A stretch of 64,000 nucleotides of DNA, taken from positions 5,543 to 69,542 of the IMG/VR virus record IMGVR_UViG_3300030328_004798; one strand, given 5' to 3'. Positions 27,128-37,743 of this stretch are shown here, piece after piece (within the stretch, counting starts at the first letter, position 1; the number at the start of each line of letters is the position of its first letter). The notes under the pieces are model-generated. The model made no database searches. It had not been told where the DNA came from and saw only the letters and a program-made list of their open reading frames with translations. The DNA comes from a virus. Made by a program: the position numbers and the translations under genes.

Positions 27128-28559
27128 TAAATTTCCATACTTACCAAAAGAAAAAAGAAAGAAAATATTATTAATTTGTGACGACATCAGAGTACATTCT
27201 GGGGTAGCCACAGTAGCAAAAGAAATAGTAGTCCATACTGCCCATCATTTTAATTGGGTACAAATGGCAGGAGCGATCAAACACCCAGAAAGTGGTAAGA
27301 GATTAGATTTAACACCTGATACTAATAATTTAGCTGGAATAAATGATTCTTCTGTATTTTTATATCCTGTAGATGGGTATGGTCACCCACAACAAGTTAG
27401 ACAAATAATTAACATAGAAAAGCCTGATGCTATTATGTTATTTACTGATCCAAGGTATTTTACCCATATTTTTAATATGGAACAAGAAATACGAAGAAAT
27501 ATTCCAATTACATACTTAAATATTTGGGATGACTACCCAGCTCCAATGTATAATAGAGCATTTTATGAGTCATGTGATTTATTAATGGGAATTTCTAAAC
27601 AAACTGTAAATATTAATAAATTAGTATTAAAAGGACATGAAGGTAATAGAATATTTAAATATCTACCTCATGGTAAAGATGAAAATATATATTATCCTAT
27701 AGTTAATAAAGATAAAGAATATGAAGTATCTATTAATAATCTATTCAAAGGACAAAAACCGAAATTTGTAGCATTTTATAATTCTAGAAATATAAGAAGA
27801 AAACAAGTACCAGATACTATGTTAGCTTTTAGAGCGTTCTTAGATTCTCTACCAGAAGATGAAGCTAAAGATTGTTATTTAATTATAAAATCAGAACCAG
27901 TTACAGATCCAGGTACTGATTTACCTAAAGTTAAAGAATATTTGTTTGATGAAAAATATCCTAATAATATTAAATTTATTTTTGGAAAAATAGAAGAAAA
28001 ACATCTAAACCATTTATATAATATAGCTGATGTTCAGATATTATTAACATCTAATGAAGGTTGGGGGTTAGCAAATACAGAGGCAATATTAGCTGGAACT
28101 CCAATTATAGCTAATGTTACTGGAGGTATGCAAGATCAAATGAGATTTGTAGATGAAAATGGAAAATGGTTTACACCTAGTGCAGATATTCCTTCTAATC
28201 ATAGAGGAACTTATAAAAAACACGGTGAATGGGCGTTCCCAGTTTATCCAACAAGTAGATCGATTCAAGGTTCACCTCCAACACCTTATATCTTTGATGA
28301 CAGATGTAGATGGGAAGATGCAGCTGATAGATTAAAAGAATGTTATAAGTTAGGAAGAAAAGAATTAAAGAGAAGAGGTTTAAAAGGAAGAGAATGGGCT
28401 ATTAGTAATGAAGCTGGTTTTACTTCTGAACAACAAGGTAATAAAGTAATGGAGGTATTTAATGAATTATTTGATACTTGGAAGCCAAGAGAAAAATATG
28501 AATTAGTTAATACCAATGAATATAAAGGTAAATTTTTAAATCATAAAATAATATATTAA
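27117..28559 (+). CDS. GT-B (GT4-like) glycosyltransferase
   Basis: SGVATV, NSRNIRRK, EGWGLANTEA...TPII...GG. Confidence 0.88.
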   Translation: MKNNKFPYLPKEKRKKILLICDDIRVHSGVATVAKEIVVHTAHHFNWVQMAGAIKHPESGKRLDLTPDTNNLAGINDSSVFLYPVDGYGHPQQVRQIINIEKPDAIMLFTDPRYFTHIFNMEQEIRRNIPITYLNIWDDYPAPMYNRAFYESCDLLMGISKQTVNINKLVLKGHEGNRIFKYLPHGKDENIYYPIVNKDKEYEVSINNLFKGQKPKFVAFYNSRNIRRKQVPDTMLAFRAFLDSLPEDEAKDCYLIIKSEPVTDPGTDLPKVKEYLFDEKYPNNIKFIFGKIEEKHLNHLYNIADVQILLTSNEGWGLANTEAILAGTPIIANVTGGMQDQMRFVDENGKWFTPSADIPSNHRGTYKKHGEWAFPVYPTSRSIQGSPPTPYIFDDRCRWEDAADRLKECYKLGRKELKRRGLKGREWAISNEAGFTSEQQGNKVMEVFNELFDTWKPREKYELVNTNEYKGKFLNHKIIY

Positions 28560-29854
28560 TGAGTAAACCAAGATTTGTAATATCATGCCCTTTTGATACC
28601 TACTCAGGTTATGGGGCTAGAGCAAGAGATGTAGTTAAAGCTATTATTGAATTAGATAAATATAAGGTTGAATTATTATCTCAAAGATGGGGAGAAACAT
28701 CTTGGGGATTTTGTAAAGATCATCCTGAATGGAAATTTTTGTATAAACATTTAGCAACCCATGAGTGGCAAAAAGTACAACCTGATATTTGGATGCAAAT
28801 TACAATCCCAAATGAATTCCAACCAGTAGGAAAATATAATATAGGATTAACTGCAGGGATTGAAGCTACGGCTTGTAAAGCAGAATGGATTGAAGGATTA
28901 AATAGAATGGATATGAATTGGGTATCATCTAATTTCTCAAAAAGAACACTCGAATCTATGGTATTTGATCAAAAAGATCAACAATCCCAACAAATAATTG
29001 GACAAGTTAAACTCCAAAAACCAATAGAAGTTTTATTTGAAGGTGTTGATATAACTAAATACAAAACAATCCCATCATCAGATATTAAAAATATAACATT
29101 AAAAAATTTAAAAGAATCATTTTGTTATTTATTTGTTGGTCATTGGATGCAAGGTGAAGTAGGTCATGATAGAAAAAATGTTGGAATATTAGTTAAAAAT
29201 TTCTACGAAGCGTTTAAAGACAAACGAGGACCAAAACCAGCATTAATATTAAAATGTTCAACTGGGGTAGCTTCATATATGAGTAGAGATGCTATATTAG
29301 ATAAAATTAAACAAATTAGACAAGGACTTAAATCTTCAAATTTACCTAATATTTATTTACTTAATGGTGAATTTAATGATTCTGAGATGAATGAATTATA
29401 TAATCATCCTAAAGTTAAAGCTATGGTTAGTTTAACTAAAGGAGAAGGTTTTGGAAGGCCTTTATTAGAATTTAGTATGACTGGAAAACCAATAATAGCA
29501 TCAGGTTGGTCGGGACATATTGATTTTCTTAACCCAGAATTTGTTTCTTTACTTCCTGGTACATTAGAAAATGTTCATCCTAGTGCTGCTAATGACTGGT
29601 TAGTAAAAGAAGCTAAGTGGTTTCAAGTAAGTTATAGTCATTCTTTATCGATATTTAAAGATATGTTTAAAAATTATAAAAAATATATAGTTAAAGGTAA
29701 AAAACAAAAATATTATGCTAAATCTAATTTTAGTTGGGAAAAGATGAAAGAATTTATTAATACAAAACTTGATGTAAATGTTCCTCAATTTGCCCAACAA
29801 GTAGAATTAAAATTACCTGAACTAAATTTACCTAATTTAAAAAAAGTTAAATAA
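28559..29854 (+). CDS. GT-B (GT4-like) glycosyltransferase
   Basis: SGYG, DRKN, GEGFGRPLLE, GWSGH. Confidence 0.88.
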   Translation: MSKPRFVISCPFDTYSGYGARARDVVKAIIELDKYKVELLSQRWGETSWGFCKDHPEWKFLYKHLATHEWQKVQPDIWMQITIPNEFQPVGKYNIGLTAGIEATACKAEWIEGLNRMDMNWVSSNFSKRTLESMVFDQKDQQSQQIIGQVKLQKPIEVLFEGVDITKYKTIPSSDIKNITLKNLKESFCYLFVGHWMQGEVGHDRKNVGILVKNFYEAFKDKRGPKPALILKCSTGVASYMSRDAILDKIKQIRQGLKSSNLPNIYLLNGEFNDSEMNELYNHPKVKAMVSLTKGEGFGRPLLEFSMTGKPIIASGWSGHIDFLNPEFVSLLPGTLENVHPSAANDWLVKEAKWFQVSYSHSLSIFKDMFKNYKKYIVKGKKQKYYAKSNFSWEKMKEFINTKLDVNVPQFAQQVELKLPELNLPNLKKVK

Positions 29855-30297
29855 TGAAATTTGATGAATTAAGAGAATGTTCTCGTTGTGGATCTGATGC
29901 TTGTTACAGACAAGAAATAAGTAAAGATGTATCTATTGAATTATGTTATGGATGTGGTTTCCAATCTAATTCAATAATGAAAAAAGGAAGTAAGTTTTTT
30001 AATGAACAATGGGAATTATTACCTGAACTTTATAAAGTATTAATGGATGAAGAAGAAGATAATGGTAAAATTTGGATGCCATCTCACATTAATGTTAAAG
30101 AAAAAGGAATGATATTTGCTACTGGAAATGGAAGAAGTAATTGGAGATGGGGAGCTGTAAAATCAATTCCGGTATCTAAGGAAGAAAAAGAAAAATACAA
30201 AGGAGAAGAATACAAATCAGATATGAGTACTGTAAAATATTTTATGGAAAGAGATTTTATGGAAGCTTTATCTTATATAGGAATAATACCAGAATAA
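29854..30297 (+). CDS. Zinc-ribbon hypothetical protein
   Basis: CSRC...CYGC. Confidence 0.7.
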   Translation: MKFDELRECSRCGSDACYRQEISKDVSIELCYGCGFQSNSIMKKGSKFFNEQWELLPELYKVLMDEEEDNGKIWMPSHINVKEKGMIFATGNGRSNWRWGAVKSIPVSKEEKEKYKGEEYKSDMSTVKYFMERDFMEALSYIGIIPE

Positions 30298-30298
30298 T

Positions 30299-31198
30299 AT
30301 GAAAATACTAGTTACAGGAGCTGCTGGGTTTATTGGCACTAATTTAATAAAAAGATTAATAAAAGAAGGACATGAAGTCCATGGTCTAGACGATTTTTCA
30401 ACTGGTTATCGTGAAAATAAAGTAAAGGATGTTCCCTATATTGAACAAGATGTAAGTGATCTAAAGTATTGGGGAGAAGATGAGGGTTATAAAAAATTAT
30501 ATGAAGGATTAGGTAATACAAGATTAAGTAATGATTATAATCTAATATATCATTTAGCTGGATTATCTAGAATCCAACCATCATTTAATAACCCAGATGA
30601 AACATTTAAAGTTAATACTATTGGTACTCAAAAAGTTTGTGAGTATGCTAGAATAATAGGAGCAAAAGTTGTTTATGCTGGTTCATCTTCTAAATGGCAT
30701 AATCCTTATCAATCACCTTATTCTACTTGTAAGTATTTAGGAGAAGAAATTTGTAAGATGTATAAACTTACTTATGGAATGGACATTGAAATAGCTCGTT
30801 TTTATAATGTTTATGGTCCTTATGAAGTAATAGATGGAGATTGGGCTGCTGTTATTGGTATATGGAGAAGACAGGTTAGAGATGGTGAAGAAATTACAAT
30901 AGTAGGAGATGGTGAACAAAGAAGAGATTTTACTCATGTAGATGACATAGTAGATGGATTATGGAGAATTGGAATGAAAAATAAAAAACATGAAGATGCT
31001 TGGGAATTAGGAACGGGAAATAATTATTCTATAAATGAAGTATATCAAATGTTTAAAAATAAATTTAACGTTAATTGTACTTACCTTCCTGACCAAAAAG
31101 GAAACTATAGAGTTACTTTAAGAGAAAGAGATGATGCTTTAGGTTTATTAGGATGGCAACCTAAAGATAGATTAAAAGAATATATACAAAGTTTATGA
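30299..31198 (+). CDS. NAD-dependent epimerase/dehydratase
   Basis: TGAAGFIG, YxxxK (YSTCK), RFYNVYGP, RDFTHVDD. Confidence 0.92.
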   Translation: MKILVTGAAGFIGTNLIKRLIKEGHEVHGLDDFSTGYRENKVKDVPYIEQDVSDLKYWGEDEGYKKLYEGLGNTRLSNDYNLIYHLAGLSRIQPSFNNPDETFKVNTIGTQKVCEYARIIGAKVVYAGSSSKWHNPYQSPYSTCKYLGEEICKMYKLTYGMDIEIARFYNVYGPYEVIDGDWAAVIGIWRRQVRDGEEITIVGDGEQRRDFTHVDDIVDGLWRIGMKNKKHEDAWELGTGNNYSINEVYQMFKNKFNVNCTYLPDQKGNYRVTLRERDDALGLLGWQPKDRLKEYIQSL

Positions 31199-31821
31199 AA
31201 ATAAGTTATGCTATTACAGTTTGTAATGAATTTGTTGAAATACAAAAATTAGTTCTATTTTTGTTAGACCATAAAAGAATAGAAGATGAAATTGTAATTC
31301 TTTATGACCATAAAAATGGGGATGAAGGAGTTGAGGAATTTTTAAGAAGTCATTCGGTTAATTGTGAATTTATGTGGCATAAAGGTGATTTTCATAATCA
31401 CTTTGCAGATTGGAAAAATAAATTAACTGATTTATGTTCTGGGGATTATATTTTTCAAATAGATGCAGATGAAGTCCCAAATAGATTATTAATTAAAAGT
31501 CTACCTAAAATATTAGAATCAAACCAAGATACTAATGATGTTTATTTAGTTCCAAGAGTAAATACAGTAGAAGGATTAACTGATGAACATATAAAAAAAT
31601 GGGGATGGAAAGTTAATGCAAAAAATTGGGTTAATTGGCCTGATTATCAATGGCGTATTTGGAAAAATAAGCCTGAGATTAAATGGATAAATAAAGTTCA
31701 TGAAAAATTAGAGGGTCATAAAACTTATGGAGCACTTCCTCCAATGGAAGATTTAGCATTATATCACCCTAAAACTATAGATAGACAAGAAAAACAAAAT
31801 AATTATTATAATACTCTTTAA
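31195..31821 (+). CDS. GT2 family glycosyltransferase
   Basis: FQIDADE (DxD), WPDYQWR, VHE. Confidence 0.85.
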   Translation: MKISYAITVCNEFVEIQKLVLFLLDHKRIEDEIVILYDHKNGDEGVEEFLRSHSVNCEFMWHKGDFHNHFADWKNKLTDLCSGDYIFQIDADEVPNRLLIKSLPKILESNQDTNDVYLVPRVNTVEGLTDEHIKKWGWKVNAKNWVNWPDYQWRIWKNKPEIKWINKVHEKLEGHKTYGALPPMEDLALYHPKTIDRQEKQNNYYNTL

Positions 31822-31822
31822 G

Positions 31823-31963
31823 ATGGCAGATAATCAAAATAATGGTAATACTCAACTTAATACTGATAGAAATAATTTAAATCAAAGAGTTAGTAAACTA
31901 GCGTATTTAGGTAAAAGTAGTAAAGTAAAATGGTCTGATAGAAGACGCTTTAGAAATATATAA
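31823..31963 (+). CDS. Small hypothetical protein (46 aa, not in track)
   Basis: MADNQNNGNTQLN...RRRFRNI fills the gap exactly. Confidence 0.6.
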   Translation: MADNQNNGNTQLNTDRNNLNQRVSKLAYLGKSSKVKWSDRRRFRNI

Positions 31964-32941
31964 ATGAATATAACATTTTTAACTGAAATGGGATTTGAGG
32001 GTAAAGTACCTTCTAATCATCCTAACATGAGAACAGAATTTGCTTGGATGTATGCTTTAGGAGCTAATCATCACACTCTTTTTGATTATCAAAATGTTAA
32101 AAATCAAGATCATGTTTTTGTAATATTCCCAAAAGGCGAAACATTCTTAAATGCTGTAGGAGTAAAACTATCAGAAAAACCAAATCCTGCTTCTAATTTA
32201 TTACAATCAAATTTTATAGATACCCTTAAAAATAATAACAAAAAAGTTCATTATATACAAGAAGGTCCGTCGTGGTTTTTTAATGATTATGAAATATTTG
32301 ACCAATTTAGTTTTTATAATTTTTTATCTAAATGTGATAGCATATTTGCACACAATGAAATAGATACTAGATTTTATAAAGGTCTATTCCCAGATAAAAA
32401 AGTAAGTGTTATTAGTACTTTACTTATTGAGGAATTAATTAAACATATAACTCCTGTTGTAGAAGATAAAGTAATTATTGGTGGAAATTTTGCAAGATGG
32501 TATGGAGGATTTCAAAGTTATGTGGTTGCTGATGTTTTTGGAGTTGAAAAATGGACTCAAGATTCTCACGCAAAAAGACCAAATGAATCAAATATACCGG
32601 ATTTAAATCACCTTCAACGACTCCCATGGGCGGGTTGGATGAGTGTGTTATCTACGTTTAAATACGCTGTACATTTAATGCCTACTGTTGCTGCTGGCAC
32701 CTTTAGTTTAAATTGTGCTTATTTTGGTATACCTTGTATTGGTAATATAAAAGTAGACACCCAAAGATATTGTCATCCTGAATTATCTGTTGCAGTTGAT
32801 GATGTAGAAAAAGCTAGAAAGATGGCTTATAAATTAAAAACAGATAAAGAATTTTACAATAAATGTAGTACACAATCAAAAGAATTATATAGAGAACATT
32901 ATGATATAAAAGTATGGCAAGAAAAAATAAATTTAAAGTAG
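31964..32941 (+). CDS. Putative GT-B glycosyltransferase
   Basis: AGTFSLNCAYFGIPCIG resembles the GT-B donor-binding segment; cluster context. Confidence 0.6.
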   Translation: MNITFLTEMGFEGKVPSNHPNMRTEFAWMYALGANHHTLFDYQNVKNQDHVFVIFPKGETFLNAVGVKLSEKPNPASNLLQSNFIDTLKNNNKKVHYIQEGPSWFFNDYEIFDQFSFYNFLSKCDSIFAHNEIDTRFYKGLFPDKKVSVISTLLIEELIKHITPVVEDKVIIGGNFARWYGGFQSYVVADVFGVEKWTQDSHAKRPNESNIPDLNHLQRLPWAGWMSVLSTFKYAVHLMPTVAAGTFSLNCAYFGIPCIGNIKVDTQRYCHPELSVAVDDVEKARKMAYKLKTDKEFYNKCSTQSKELYREHYDIKVWQEKINLK

Positions 32942-35310
32942 TAATTCCTTCATATAATAATGAAAAATGGGTAGAGGCTAATGTAGCTAGTATACTTAAA
33001 CAAACCTATACTAATTATGATGTTCTATACATTAATGATGCTTCTACAGATAATACACCAAATATTATTAAGAATATAGTAGATAACCATGAATTAGATA
33101 ATTGGACTATATTAAATTGGAAAGATAATAAACAAAGAGGATATAACGTAAACCCAAATGAAGATCATATTATTAATTTTATTGATAATGATGAAGATAT
33201 TATTTTATTTGTAGATGGTGATGATTGGTTATATGATGAAAATGTATTCCAAAAATTGAACGATTATTATAACTCTACAGATTGTTGGATGACTTATGGT
33301 GGAATGTATTGTTATCCAACTGGTAATTATGCTCACCCACAAAATTCACCTTATAGTGAGGAAGTACATAAAAATAAATTATATAGAAAAGATATATGGA
33401 GAGCAAGTCATTTAAGAAGTTTTAAGTGGTTCTTATATAGTAAAATACAAAAAGAAGATTTAATTTGGAGTAAAACAGGAGAATATTATTATAATGCTGA
33501 AGATTTAGCTGTGTCTTTTTATTGTATGGAAATGTGTCCTAAAGAAAAAATTGGTGTTCTAAATTTCCCAACTTACGTATATAATGAAGACCCAGAAATA
33601 GTTAAAAGGGGATTAGAAAGACAAGATAAAGATATAGAGGATCCTCAAGGACAAGAAGCGGAAATTAGAGCTAAAGAGCCTTATAAAACTTTATTTTCAA
33701 AAGATCCAAAACATAAAATTCAACCTATTTTAGCTGGTGGGTTAGGTAACATGATGTTCCAAATAGCGGCTGCAGTAGGTTTAACTCAAAAACGTAATTT
33801 TGAAGTAGTAACTGATTATTCTCATTTAGGTACATTACATAAACCACCTATAACTTATAAAGACAATATATTTAAATACGTTAAATTTTTAGAAGAAGAT
33901 TTATCAACTTCTACTAGGGTAAACACCGAAGTAAGTGATTTTACTTATAAACCAGATGTAATTATTCCTGATGATGATGTTCAATTATTTGGTTATTATC
34001 AATCATATAAATACTTTGATAATTGTAAAGATTGTATAAGATCATTATTTTTACATTCAACTTATAAACCAAGAATAGGGTATGTTTCTATACATGTTAG
34101 AAGAGGTGATTATATAAATTTATCTTCATTTCATCATAATTTAACTATTGATTATTATAATAATGCAATAGATTATTTTAAAGGATATAAATTTTTAGTT
34201 TTTAGTGATGATATAGAATGGTGTAAAGAGAATTTTAAAGGTGATGAATTTGAATTTGTACAAAATGAAAATGATTGGGAAGATTTATACATGATGGTTG
34301 AATGTGAACATAATATTATAGCTAATTCAACATTTAGTTGGTGGGCAGGATATCTAAATCCTAATAAAGACAAAAAAGTAATTTACCCTGACAAATGGTT
34401 TGGGCCTGTTTATAAAGAATTTTCAACCCAAGATTTATTTCCTTTAGATTGGGTTTGCTTAACTGAGAATGTTCCTCAAATAGAAATCAATTTATTTGAT
34501 AATGCTTGTAGACACCTAGTAAAACCTAATGGAAGATATTCTTCAGTACATGACAAAATATCAAAACATATAAAATTTGTAAGAGATGTAGATGATTATA
34601 AAGGTATAACTTTATTTACTGATGAATATTTAACTAATGGTAAGTCTAAAAAAGTAAAATCTGATAGGAAAATTGGTTGGTTAATGGAAACTAGAGAGGT
34701 TTATCCACAAAGATATGATCAATTTGAAACTTATATGGATGATTTTGAGTTTATTCTTACACATGATAAAGACTTATTATCAAATTATCCTACTAAAACA
34801 AAATTAGTGCCTTTTGGAGGTTGTTGGATTAAAGATTCTAATTTTAGAATTACAAATAAATCTAAAAATTTATCAATGATTTACTCTGATAAGAACATAT
34901 TTGAAGGGCATAGGTTAAGACATGAAATATCAAAAAACGTTAATGAGATAGATTTATTTGGTAGGGGAACTCCAAATCCTGTTGATTATAAAGAAGAATC
35001 TTTATTAGATTATAGGTATTCTATAGTCGTAGAAAATTCAAAAACTGATAATTATTTTACCGAAAAATTAATAGATTGTCTTGCTGTAGGTACTATTCCT
35101 ATTTATTGGGGTTGTCCTAATATAGATAATTATTTTAATTTGGATGGTATTATTACTTTTAATACATTAGAGGAGTTAAATAAAATTCTACCTACTTTAA
35201 ATAAAAACTTATATGAATCTAAATTAGATGCAATAACTAATAATTTAGAAAAAAGTAAAGAATATAATGTAACAGAAGATTGGATTTATAAAAATATAAT
35301 AAATGAGTAA
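32914..35310 (+). CDS. Tri-domain glycosyltransferase: GT2 + GT11 + GT10-like
   Basis: GT2: VIPSYN, FVDGDD; GT11: GGLGNMMFQ, IHVRRGDY, NSTFSWW; GT10: VENS...YFTEKL...GTIPIYWG. Confidence 0.85.
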   Translation: MARKNKFKVVIPSYNNEKWVEANVASILKQTYTNYDVLYINDASTDNTPNIIKNIVDNHELDNWTILNWKDNKQRGYNVNPNEDHIINFIDNDEDIILFVDGDDWLYDENVFQKLNDYYNSTDCWMTYGGMYCYPTGNYAHPQNSPYSEEVHKNKLYRKDIWRASHLRSFKWFLYSKIQKEDLIWSKTGEYYYNAEDLAVSFYCMEMCPKEKIGVLNFPTYVYNEDPEIVKRGLERQDKDIEDPQGQEAEIRAKEPYKTLFSKDPKHKIQPILAGGLGNMMFQIAAAVGLTQKRNFEVVTDYSHLGTLHKPPITYKDNIFKYVKFLEEDLSTSTRVNTEVSDFTYKPDVIIPDDDVQLFGYYQSYKYFDNCKDCIRSLFLHSTYKPRIGYVSIHVRRGDYINLSSFHHNLTIDYYNNAIDYFKGYKFLVFSDDIEWCKENFKGDEFEFVQNENDWEDLYMMVECEHNIIANSTFSWWAGYLNPNKDKKVIYPDKWFGPVYKEFSTQDLFPLDWVCLTENVPQIEINLFDNACRHLVKPNGRYSSVHDKISKHIKFVRDVDDYKGITLFTDEYLTNGKSKKVKSDRKIGWLMETREVYPQRYDQFETYMDDFEFILTHDKDLLSNYPTKTKLVPFGGCWIKDSNFRITNKSKNLSMIYSDKNIFEGHRLRHEISKNVNEIDLFGRGTPNPVDYKEESLLDYRYSIVVENSKTDNYFTEKLIDCLAVGTIPIYWGCPNIDNYFNLDGIITFNTLEELNKILPTLNKNLYESKLDAITNNLEKSKEYNVTEDWIYKNIINE

Positions 35311-36859
35311 TATATTAAGTATATACGGTTCACATGATGCATCAGTAACATTTCTTGATTCTAATAATCAATTAAAAGTGTTAGAATATGAAAGATTTGT
35401 AAGAAATAGGTATGCTATGTTTTCTGAGAGATTTGATGATAGAGCTTTGGGGTCAAATGATAAAGACAGAAGGAAATTTTTGTCTTATATAAAGTCTCAA
35501 ATTAATTATGAAGTAGACAAAATTGTTTACAACGAATTATCAGATTTAGATAAGGAATTAATAATAGAATATTTTCCAAAAGCTAAATTCGAATTATGTG
35601 GGCATCATCTAGCTCATGCAGCTAGTGGTTATTATCTTTCTGAATTTGATAAAGCTTTAATATTATCTATTGATGGTGGGGGACAAGATTACAATGATGT
35701 CTTTTTTACTAGAATATATAAAGGAAATGAATCAGTAATAATTCCTTTAGATTCACCTGATGTCAATTTAGGTGGGGCATATGGTAAGATAGGAAGTCCC
35801 ATATCAGAAATTAAACCTGGACCAGATTCAAATATAGACTCATTAGTATATGCAGGTAAAGTAATGGGTTTATGTGCTTATGGTAATATTAGAACTGAAT
35901 GGATAGAAGCTATGGTTAACTATTATGATAGTAAAGCTCAATCATTAACAACTTTAGGTAAAGCTATTGGTTTAAACTTAACATATAATTCATTAAAGGG
36001 ACAACAAAGTTATGATTTAGCTGCTACATCTCAATTTGTCTTTGAAAACTTTGTATTAGAAATTTTAAAACCCTATATCGATTCATATGATAATTTTATT
36101 TTAGTAGGAGGATGTGCTTTAAATGTTTTATTCAATCAAAAGTTAAAAGAAATACTAAATAAGAAAAATAAAAATTTATATGTACCTCCAAATCCAAATG
36201 ATTGTGGTTTATCTTTAGGTCAATATTTAATGCATAATCAAAAAACTGATGTTGATGTTTATAGTGGATTTGATATATTAGATAGAGAAAAATTTGAGAA
36301 TTATAAAGAAAAATATAATACTCGTAAAATAGATACACAAGAAATAGTAGATATTTTAAAAGAAGGAAAAATAATTGGATTAGTAGAGGGTTGTTCTGAA
36401 ATAGGTCCTAGAGCGTTAGGTAATAGAAGTATTATTTGTGATCCCTCTTTTCCTAATATGAAAGACACTTTAAATGCTAAAGTAAAATTTAGAGAATGGT
36501 TCAGACCATTTGCCCCAGTTTGTAGATTAGAAGATAAAGATAAATACTTTAATAAAGCTTATGAATCAGAATTTATGAGTTATGCTCCTGATGTCAAAGA
36601 AGATTACAATGTAGAATTAAAAACTATAACACATGAAGATGGAACAGCAAGACTACAAACAGTAACTAAAAAACAACATAGTACTTTTTATAATATTTTA
36701 AGTGAACTAGATAAATCAAATGAAATCCCAGTTATATTAAATACATCTTTCAATATTAAGGGTAGACCTATTTTAACAACTATAGAAGATGCTATTTATG
36801 TTTTAGAAAATACTGAACTAGATTATTTAATAGTAGAAAATTATTTATTTACAAAATGA
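35303..36859 (+). CDS. O-carbamoyltransferase (NodU/CmcH family)
   Basis: HDAS, HHLAHA, GKVMGL, GPRALGNRSI, KFREWFRPFAP, LNTSFN. Confidence 0.92.
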   Translation: MSNILSIYGSHDASVTFLDSNNQLKVLEYERFVRNRYAMFSERFDDRALGSNDKDRRKFLSYIKSQINYEVDKIVYNELSDLDKELIIEYFPKAKFELCGHHLAHAASGYYLSEFDKALILSIDGGGQDYNDVFFTRIYKGNESVIIPLDSPDVNLGGAYGKIGSPISEIKPGPDSNIDSLVYAGKVMGLCAYGNIRTEWIEAMVNYYDSKAQSLTTLGKAIGLNLTYNSLKGQQSYDLAATSQFVFENFVLEILKPYIDSYDNFILVGGCALNVLFNQKLKEILNKKNKNLYVPPNPNDCGLSLGQYLMHNQKTDVDVYSGFDILDREKFENYKEKYNTRKIDTQEIVDILKEGKIIGLVEGCSEIGPRALGNRSIICDPSFPNMKDTLNAKVKFREWFRPFAPVCRLEDKDKYFNKAYESEFMSYAPDVKEDYNVELKTITHEDGTARLQTVTKKQHSTFYNILSELDKSNEIPVILNTSFNIKGRPILTTIEDAIYVLENTELDYLIVENYLFTK

Positions 36860-37743
36860 GAATTGTAGTAACAGGAGGAAGTGGATTAGTAGGTAAGCAT
36901 TTACAGGAAATATTACCTGATGCTTTTTATTTAAGTAGTAAAGATTGTGATCTAACAGACATAAAAAAGGTTAGGTGGATGATTTCTTCTTATACACCTG
37001 ATGTTGTAATTCATTTAGCAGCTAAAGTTGGAGGAATACAAGACAATTTAAAATACCCAGCTGATTATTTTGATGATAATATCCTAATCAATACTAATAT
37101 TGTTAAAGTATGTAAGGAATATAATGTAAAAAGATTTATTGGTATATTAAGTACTTGTATTTATCCTAGTGTTGTTGATAATTACCCTATGACTGAGGAA
37201 GATTTATTTATAGGTCCTCCTCCACCATCTAATTTTAGTTACGGTTATGCTAAACGTTGTTTAGCTGTTCAAATTGATGCTTATAATAAACAATTTAATA
37301 CAGAATATAATTATCTAATACCTTGTAATTTATATGGTGATTATGATAACTTACATAATGAAAATAAAATGCACTTTATTACAGCCTTGTTAAATAAAAT
37401 TAGGAAAAGCAAAGATAATTTATTACATTTATTAGGAACAGGTAAACCACTAAGACAATTTATGTATGCAGGTGATTTAGCTAAAATAATAAAAAAGGTT
37501 GTTGAAGATAACATTACAGAAAGTTTTAATGTTGCTCCTGATTTTAATTATTCTATAGATGAAATGGCTAAGATTGCTTTAGAAGTTACAGAAAAAAACT
37601 ACGAAATAGTTTATGATAGACCAGATTTAGATGGTCAATTTAGAAAAGATGTTAGTAATAAAAAATTATTAAAAATATTCCCCGATTTTAAATTTACAAG
37701 TTTAAAAGAAGGATTAAAACAAGTTTATGATAAAATTAGTTAG
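36856..37743 (+). CDS. fcl: GDP-L-fucose synthase / ColC-like epimerase-reductase
   Basis: TGGSGLVG, AAKVGGI, STCIYP, YGYAKR, PCNLYG. Confidence 0.88.
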   Translation: MRIVVTGGSGLVGKHLQEILPDAFYLSSKDCDLTDIKKVRWMISSYTPDVVIHLAAKVGGIQDNLKYPADYFDDNILINTNIVKVCKEYNVKRFIGILSTCIYPSVVDNYPMTEEDLFIGPPPPSNFSYGYAKRCLAVQIDAYNKQFNTEYNYLIPCNLYGDYDNLHNENKMHFITALLNKIRKSKDNLLHLLGTGKPLRQFMYAGDLAKIIKKVVEDNITESFNVAPDFNYSIDEMAKIALEVTEKNYEIVYDRPDLDGQFRKDVSNKKLLKIFPDFKFTSLKEGLKQVYDKIS

